IMG/VR virus record: IMGVR_UViG_3300027541_000721
Span: 53,706 to 73,705 of that record
Origin: an uncultured virus (IMG/VR IMGVR_UViG_3300027541_000721)
Taxonomy: Duplodnaviria > Heunggongvirae > Uroviricota > Caudoviricetes
Direction: 5' to 3' (one strand)
DNA: 20,000 bases
Position numbers and translations under genes: made by a program
Notes under the pieces: generated by a model
What the model saw: only the letters and a program-made list of their open reading frames with translations
What the model was told of the DNA's origin: nothing
Database searches by the model: none
Shown: positions 16,162-20,000 of the stretch, piece after piece
How positions within the stretch are numbered: the first letter of the stretch is position 1
How the letters are laid out: every line of letters begins with the position of its first letter

Positions 16162-16368
16162 TTAATCCTCCCAAGTTTCGTATTGTTCTTTAAAATAAGC
16201 ATCAACTTTTTTTAAATCGTCTAAATGAATATTACAAACATAATCATTCTCATCGCACCATTCTAATGCAAATGCATGTATTCTTTCATCACTTTTTGTT
16301 TTATTAACACCATAAATTCTAGAGAAAGATGACATTACAAAATGCCAACATTGATGTTTCTCTTTCAT
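16162..16368 (-). CDS. Hypothetical protein
   Basis: 68-aa ORF filling the gap between talC and gnd. Confidence 0.7.
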   Translation of the reverse strand: MKEKHQCWHFVMSSFSRIYGVNKTKSDERIHAFALEWCDENDYVCNIHLDDLKKVDAYFKEQYETWED

Positions 16369-16377
16369 TTTTCCTTT

Positions 16378-17037
16378 TTACTTTTTACTTTTAAGAACTT
16401 TTTCCCAATCATTCTGGAAAAGTTCCAGACCCTTATCAGTCATAATGTTCTTATACATTCCCCAGAATACAACTGGTGGAATAGTAACTACATCAGCACC
16501 AGAAAGAGCAGATTGTTCTACTTGCCTTACGTCACGAAGAGATGCAGCAAGGATTTGTGTTGATGTACCTGAATAATCAAATGCATTACGAATATTTTTA
16601 ATCAACTCAATCCCATCAATTGAATTATCCATCCAACGACCTACGAAAGGTGAGATGAATGTTGCCCCTGCTTTAGACGCAAGAATTGCCTGAGCAACTG
16701 AGAATACTAATGTTACGTTAGTTTGAATTCCCTTATCAGAAAGGAATTTACAAGCTTTAAGACCCTCTACTGTGCAAGGAACTTTAATTGTAACTGCAGG
16801 TGCAATTGTGTAATATTTTTGTGCCTCAGAAAGCATTTCTTCTGCAGTATCTGCGACAACTTCTGCGGAAATGCTCTGTAAGTTTGAAAAGTCTGTTGCA
16901 ATCTCGTGGATGACCTGTAAAAGTTGTCTTCCACTTTTAAGAATTAATGATGGATTTGTGGTAACACCATCTAATAATCCTGTTTCATATGCAGGTTTAA
17001 TTAAGGAAACATCTGCAGTATCTAAAAATATCTTCAT
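16378..17037 (-). CDS. talC: Transaldolase TalC (MipB/FSA family)
   Basis: MKIFLDTAD, DGVTTNPSL, Schiff-base Lys in TIKVP, NVTLVFS..QA, SPFVGR, ILAASLR. Confidence 0.96.
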   Translation of the reverse strand: MKIFLDTADVSLIKPAYETGLLDGVTTNPSLILKSGRQLLQVIHEIATDFSNLQSISAEVVADTAEEMLSEAQKYYTIAPAVTIKVPCTVEGLKACKFLSDKGIQTNVTLVFSVAQAILASKAGATFISPFVGRWMDNSIDGIELIKNIRNAFDYSGTSTQILAASLRDVRQVEQSALSGADVVTIPPVVFWGMYKNIMTDKGLELFQNDWEKVLKSKK

Positions 17038-17112
17038 AAAAAAAGAAAGAACTTATAACTAATTATAATAAATTTTATCTAGGTTTTTATGAATTGTTAT
17101 GAATTAAATATA

Positions 17113-17673
17113 TTACAATCTTTTTAGATTTTCTACTAACAATTCCAGTTCTTGTAGAGATGCGTCGTTTTTAAGTGTGTTTGCTCTATTACTGATGACC
17201 CATACATTGCCTTTTATGTATCCCTTTTCTGGAATGATTTTATCCAATGAAGGACTATTTGGATGATATCCTTTCTTTGGTTGTATCTCAATAGGAATAC
17301 CAAGCAAAGGGCAAGTTTCTGGAATGACTATATCAGTAAGTTCAAGATTAAATGGAATATTATTTTGTTTTGCCCTACTCTTTGCTCTTGTTAACATCCT
17401 ATATTCAACTGACTTTGATACTGCGTTTGGGTCAAATCTTTTTTTATTTGTCTCAACAGATCTTTCAGTTCTTAAACATCCACAAGATTGAGTTTTACCA
17501 CTCAATAAACACTCCCTTCTTGTAGATTTGGTTTTACCACCACAAGAACAAGAACACTCACATAAAATATATTTTGGACCAGAACGATATTCATTTTCAA
17601 CAGTCAATCTTCCAAAAGTTTTTCCAATTAAACCACCACACGGAATTGATTTTTTATTTAAAGTCATACTCAT
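17113..17673 (-). CDS. HNH-like (His-Me finger) free-standing endonuclease
   Basis: N-terminal GKTFGRLTV...C.CSCG...SCGCL domain; C-terminal CPLLG...PSLDKI.P.KGY..GNV.VIS.RAN..K. Confidence 0.8.
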   Translation of the reverse strand: MSMTLNKKSIPCGGLIGKTFGRLTVENEYRSGPKYILCECSCSCGGKTKSTRRECLLSGKTQSCGCLRTERSVETNKKRFDPNAVSKSVEYRMLTRAKSRAKQNNIPFNLELTDIVIPETCPLLGIPIEIQPKKGYHPNSPSLDKIIPEKGYIKGNVWVISNRANTLKNDASLQELELLVENLKRL

Positions 17674-17688
17674 TAACTACTCTATTAT

Positions 17689-17724
17689 TATTTATATAAT
17701 ACCATAGTTAGGGTCATAAGTCAA
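17689..17724 (-). promoter_or_regulatory. Overlapping sigma70 promoter and late box for the HNH gene
   Basis: TTGACT-17 nt-TATTAT (17724-17696) and TATAAATA (17696-17689). Confidence 0.65.
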
Positions 17725-17725
17725 T

Positions 17726-17748
17726 AAAAAAGACCCCGAAGGGTCTTT
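17726..17748 (-). terminator. Rho-independent terminator after psbD
   Basis: AAAGACCC-TTCG-GGGTCTTTTTT with a C(UUCG)G tetraloop. Confidence 0.9.
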
Positions 17749-17775
17749 GCGTTTCCGCAGGGTATTATATTTTTA

Positions 17776-18837
17776 TCACAAGGCATTGCCTCGTGGTAAT
17801 ACCTCTTCGGGTAGCACAAAATTTTCATGTGGTTGGTCTACTGGAGCCATCCAGGCACGCAAGCCTTCGTTTAATAATATATTTTTTGTGTAAAATGTCT
17901 CAAATTCGGGATCTTCAGCAGCACGAATCTCCTGAGAGACAAAATCGTAAGCACGAAGGTTAAGGGCAAGACCAATAATACCGATACTGGAGGTCCAGAG
18001 ACCCATAACAGGCACAAACAACATAAAGAAATGAAGCCAACGCTTGTTACTAAAAGCAATACCAAAAATCTGAGACCAGAATCTATTAGCAGTGACCATC
18101 GAGTAGGTCTCTTCTTCCTGTGTAGGTTCAAATGCTTTGAATGTATTTGATTGATCACTGTCTTCATAAAGTGTATTTTCTACTGTTGCTCCATGAATTG
18201 CACAGAGCAGTGCTCCACCAAGAATACCAGCAACTCCCATCATATGGAAAGGGTTGAGGGTCCAGTTATGGAAACCTTGAAGGAACAAAAGGAACCTGAA
18301 GATTGCTGCCACCCCAAATGATGGAGCAAAGAACCAACTGGATTGACCCAGTGGGTACATCAGAAACACAGAAACGAATACTGCAATAGGACCAGAGAAT
18401 GCGATTGCATTATAAGGACGGATACCCACTAGACGGGAAATCTCAAACTGACGAAGCATGAAACCGATCAGACTAAAGGCCCCGTGGAGTGCCACAAAAG
18501 TCCAGAGTCCCCCAAGTTGGAACCACCTGACGATATCCCCTTGAGCCTCAGGACCCCAAAGTAGAAGAAGAGAATGACCCATAGAATCTGCAGGCGTTGA
18601 CACAGCTGCTGTTAGCACATTACAACCTTCTAAAAAACTTGAAGCAATACCGTGTGTATACCACGATGTCGTAAATGTAATGCCAGTCAACCAACCACCA
18701 AGAGCAAGATAGGCACAAGGTATAAAAAGTAATCCAGACCATCCAATAAACACAAACCTATCTCGTTTCAACCAATCATCAACTAGGTCAAATAAACCTC
18801 GTCGTTGATTTTGTAAAGAAATTGTAGATGAAACCAT
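17776..18837 (-). CDS. psbD: Photosystem II D2 protein
   Basis: [60 protein letters not shown]. Start at ATG 18837 after a GGAGG SD; intronless. Confidence 0.99.
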   Translation of the reverse strand: MVSSTISLQNQRRGLFDLVDDWLKRDRFVFIGWSGLLFIPCAYLALGGWLTGITFTTSWYTHGIASSFLEGCNVLTAAVSTPADSMGHSLLLLWGPEAQGDIVRWFQLGGLWTFVALHGAFSLIGFMLRQFEISRLVGIRPYNAIAFSGPIAVFVSVFLMYPLGQSSWFFAPSFGVAAIFRFLLFLQGFHNWTLNPFHMMGVAGILGGALLCAIHGATVENTLYEDSDQSNTFKAFEPTQEEETYSMVTANRFWSQIFGIAFSNKRWLHFFMLFVPVMGLWTSSIGIIGLALNLRAYDFVSQEIRAAEDPEFETFYTKNILLNEGLRAWMAPVDQPHENFVLPEEVLPRGNAL

Positions 18838-18860
18838 CAAACCTCCGTAATGATTTGTAA

Positions 18861-18894
18861 TATTTATTTTATCACTTCTTAACAAAAGGGGCAA
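18861..18894 (-). promoter_or_regulatory. psbD promoters: sigma70-type plus an overlapping late box
   Basis: TTGCCC-17 nt-TAAAAT with a TGn extension; AATAAATA at 18868-18861. Confidence 0.6.
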
Positions 18895-18903
18895 TAGAGA
18901 TTT

Positions 18904-19542
18904 CTACTTACTCTTCTTTTTCATAGGAGTATCTGGGTCAAGTCCTCTTTCTATTCTATATTGTCTCCATCTTTCCTTTGCTCTTTCACTACATTTATTT
19001 TTACCTTCTTCTGTTTTAGGTCCTTGGACTTCTGGTTTTTTTCTATTTCCTTCATCCCAAGATTTCTTACAACCTTCACTTAATTTTTTCTTATGTTCTT
19101 CTGTTTTTGGAGCATAAGAAGCACCAGGAATAAATGTCCCTTCTTGGAACTTTCTTTTTAGAGTTTCACTTCTTTTCTTATTACTTTCTTCTGTTTGAGG
19201 AACACCAGTTTTTGTTTTCCTCATCTTTTCAACTGCTTCTGGTTTTTTAGGTTTTCCTAAATGAAGCAATCTTAATTTTTCCTTACTTTCTTCACTCATA
19301 GGTCCTCTATTTTCTCTTCCCCTTTCTTGTCCCAACTTCATAAGAAGAGAAATAACTTCTTCTTTACCTATCATACCAGATAGACCCATCCAAGCAATTC
19401 TATCCTCCTCCTTTCCATATTGTTCCCACAATTTTTTATGTGCCTCTGCGTGTTCCTCAATAGTCATTTCAACAAGATTAGAAGGGTCATCAGTTCCTCC
19501 CATATGTCTTGGAATAATATGATGCTTGTGAGTAAGGGTCAT
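18904..19542 (-). CDS. HNH homing endonuclease with NUMOD3-like repeats
   Basis: HKHHIIPRHMGGTDDPSNLV.MT.EEHAEAH catalytic domain; repeated MSEESKEKL, QTEESNKKRSE, KTEEHKKKLSE and KTEEGKNKCSE. Confidence 0.88.
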   Translation of the reverse strand: MTLTHKHHIIPRHMGGTDDPSNLVEMTIEEHAEAHKKLWEQYGKEEDRIAWMGLSGMIGKEEVISLLMKLGQERGRENRGPMSEESKEKLRLLHLGKPKKPEAVEKMRKTKTGVPQTEESNKKRSETLKRKFQEGTFIPGASYAPKTEEHKKKLSEGCKKSWDEGNRKKPEVQGPKTEEGKNKCSERAKERWRQYRIERGLDPDTPMKKKSK

Positions 19543-19564
19543 ATCAAGTATGTTTAACTAATAC

Positions 19565-19572
19565 TATTTATA
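19565..19572 (-). promoter_or_regulatory. Late promoter TATAAATA of the HNH endonuclease
   Basis: Perfect consensus 22 nt upstream of the ATG. Confidence 0.75.
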
Positions 19573-19617
19573 CCAGTAGGTATACTAACAGGTATAAATG
19601 TTAAGAAATGCTGATAC

Positions 19618-19641
19618 AAAAAAGAGACCTTCACAGGTCTC
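19618..19641 (-). terminator. Rho-independent terminator
   Basis: GAGACCT-GTGA-AGGTCTC-TTTTTT with a GNRA loop. Confidence 0.88.
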
Positions 19642-19649
19642 CTCTTTAC

Positions 19650-19856
19650 TCATTTTCTAAAAAGTCGTTCAAGTTTTTCTTTGTTCTTGAAGAGTTCATA
19701 AGATTTGATTTGCTCTCCATAATACTTGCTGATATGCCTACACAAATCTTCTTCTTGTTTAGTAATATCCAGATTATGTTTGTCTTTCAAGATAAGGATA
19801 GTTTCAATATCTTTGAGAGTACTATATGGAATATTCAAAAATTCTTCGTAAGTCAT
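19650..19856 (-). CDS. Hypothetical protein
   Basis: 68-aa ORF, ATGA-coupled to the upstream ORF and followed by a terminator. Confidence 0.7.
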   Translation of the reverse strand: MTYEEFLNIPYSTLKDIETILILKDKHNLDITKQEEDLCRHISKYYGEQIKSYELFKNKEKLERLFRK

Positions 19857-19999
19857 TTTCTAATCACAGCAATTACTTTACGGTTTGGATACTTCTCTAC
19901 AATTATATCACGAGCACTCTCATAATCAATAGCATCCTTTACGGTTTCATAATACACAGTTTTATCTGCGTCATCCCAAGTTTGAACTTCGTAAGTCAT
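19853..19999 (-). CDS. 48-aa hypothetical protein (not in the ORF track)
   Basis: MTYEVQTWDDADKTVYYETVKDAIDYESARDIIVEKYPNRKVIAVIRK; the start is at the window edge and could lie further upstream. Confidence 0.6.
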   Translation of the reverse strand: MTYEVQTWDDADKTVYYETVKDAIDYESARDIIVEKYPNRKVIAVIRK

Positions 20000-20000
20000 T

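Noticed and set aside
17776..18837. Intron in psbD associated with the flanking HNH genes
   Set aside because: The D2 reading frame is continuous and full length (353 aa).
259..19925. Antisense or alternate-frame ORFs from the track (for example 259-510, 1276-1488, 6415-6946, 8295-9343, 12564-12890, 15159-16149, 17871-18167, 19608-19925)
   Set aside because: They overlap well-supported genes and have no recognisable motifs, so they are treated as shadow ORFs.

Overview
AT-rich segment of a T4-like cyanophage (cyanomyovirus, Kyanoviridae-like) genome. Left to right it holds four blocks. (1) A baseplate/head-completion module (gp51, gp26, gp54-like, gp4, gp2-like, gp48, and a gp53 split into two ORFs), with a free-standing GIY-YIG endonuclease inserted at the start of gp4. 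(2) A minus-strand replication/late-transcription block (gp32, DUF1825-like, gp59, gp33, PD-(D/E)XK exonuclease, phoH, a cyanobacterial-type thyX). (3) Small hypothetical ORFs, a glutaredoxin and an HNH protein. (4) An auxiliary-metabolism block (gnd, talC, psbD), with psbD flanked on both sides by HNH-type homing endonucleases. The most striking element is a self-contained unit at about 11150-11830 on the minus strand. A sigma70-type promoter precedes a tandem or interlocked glnA-type (glutamine) riboswitch whose first P2 stem encloses a whole 68-codon ORF. This is followed by a DUF4278-like YRG peptide and a coupled 33-aa peptide that together resemble a split glutamine-synthetase inactivating factor (IF17/IF7). 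All family assignments come from motif recognition and synteny; no database searches were run.
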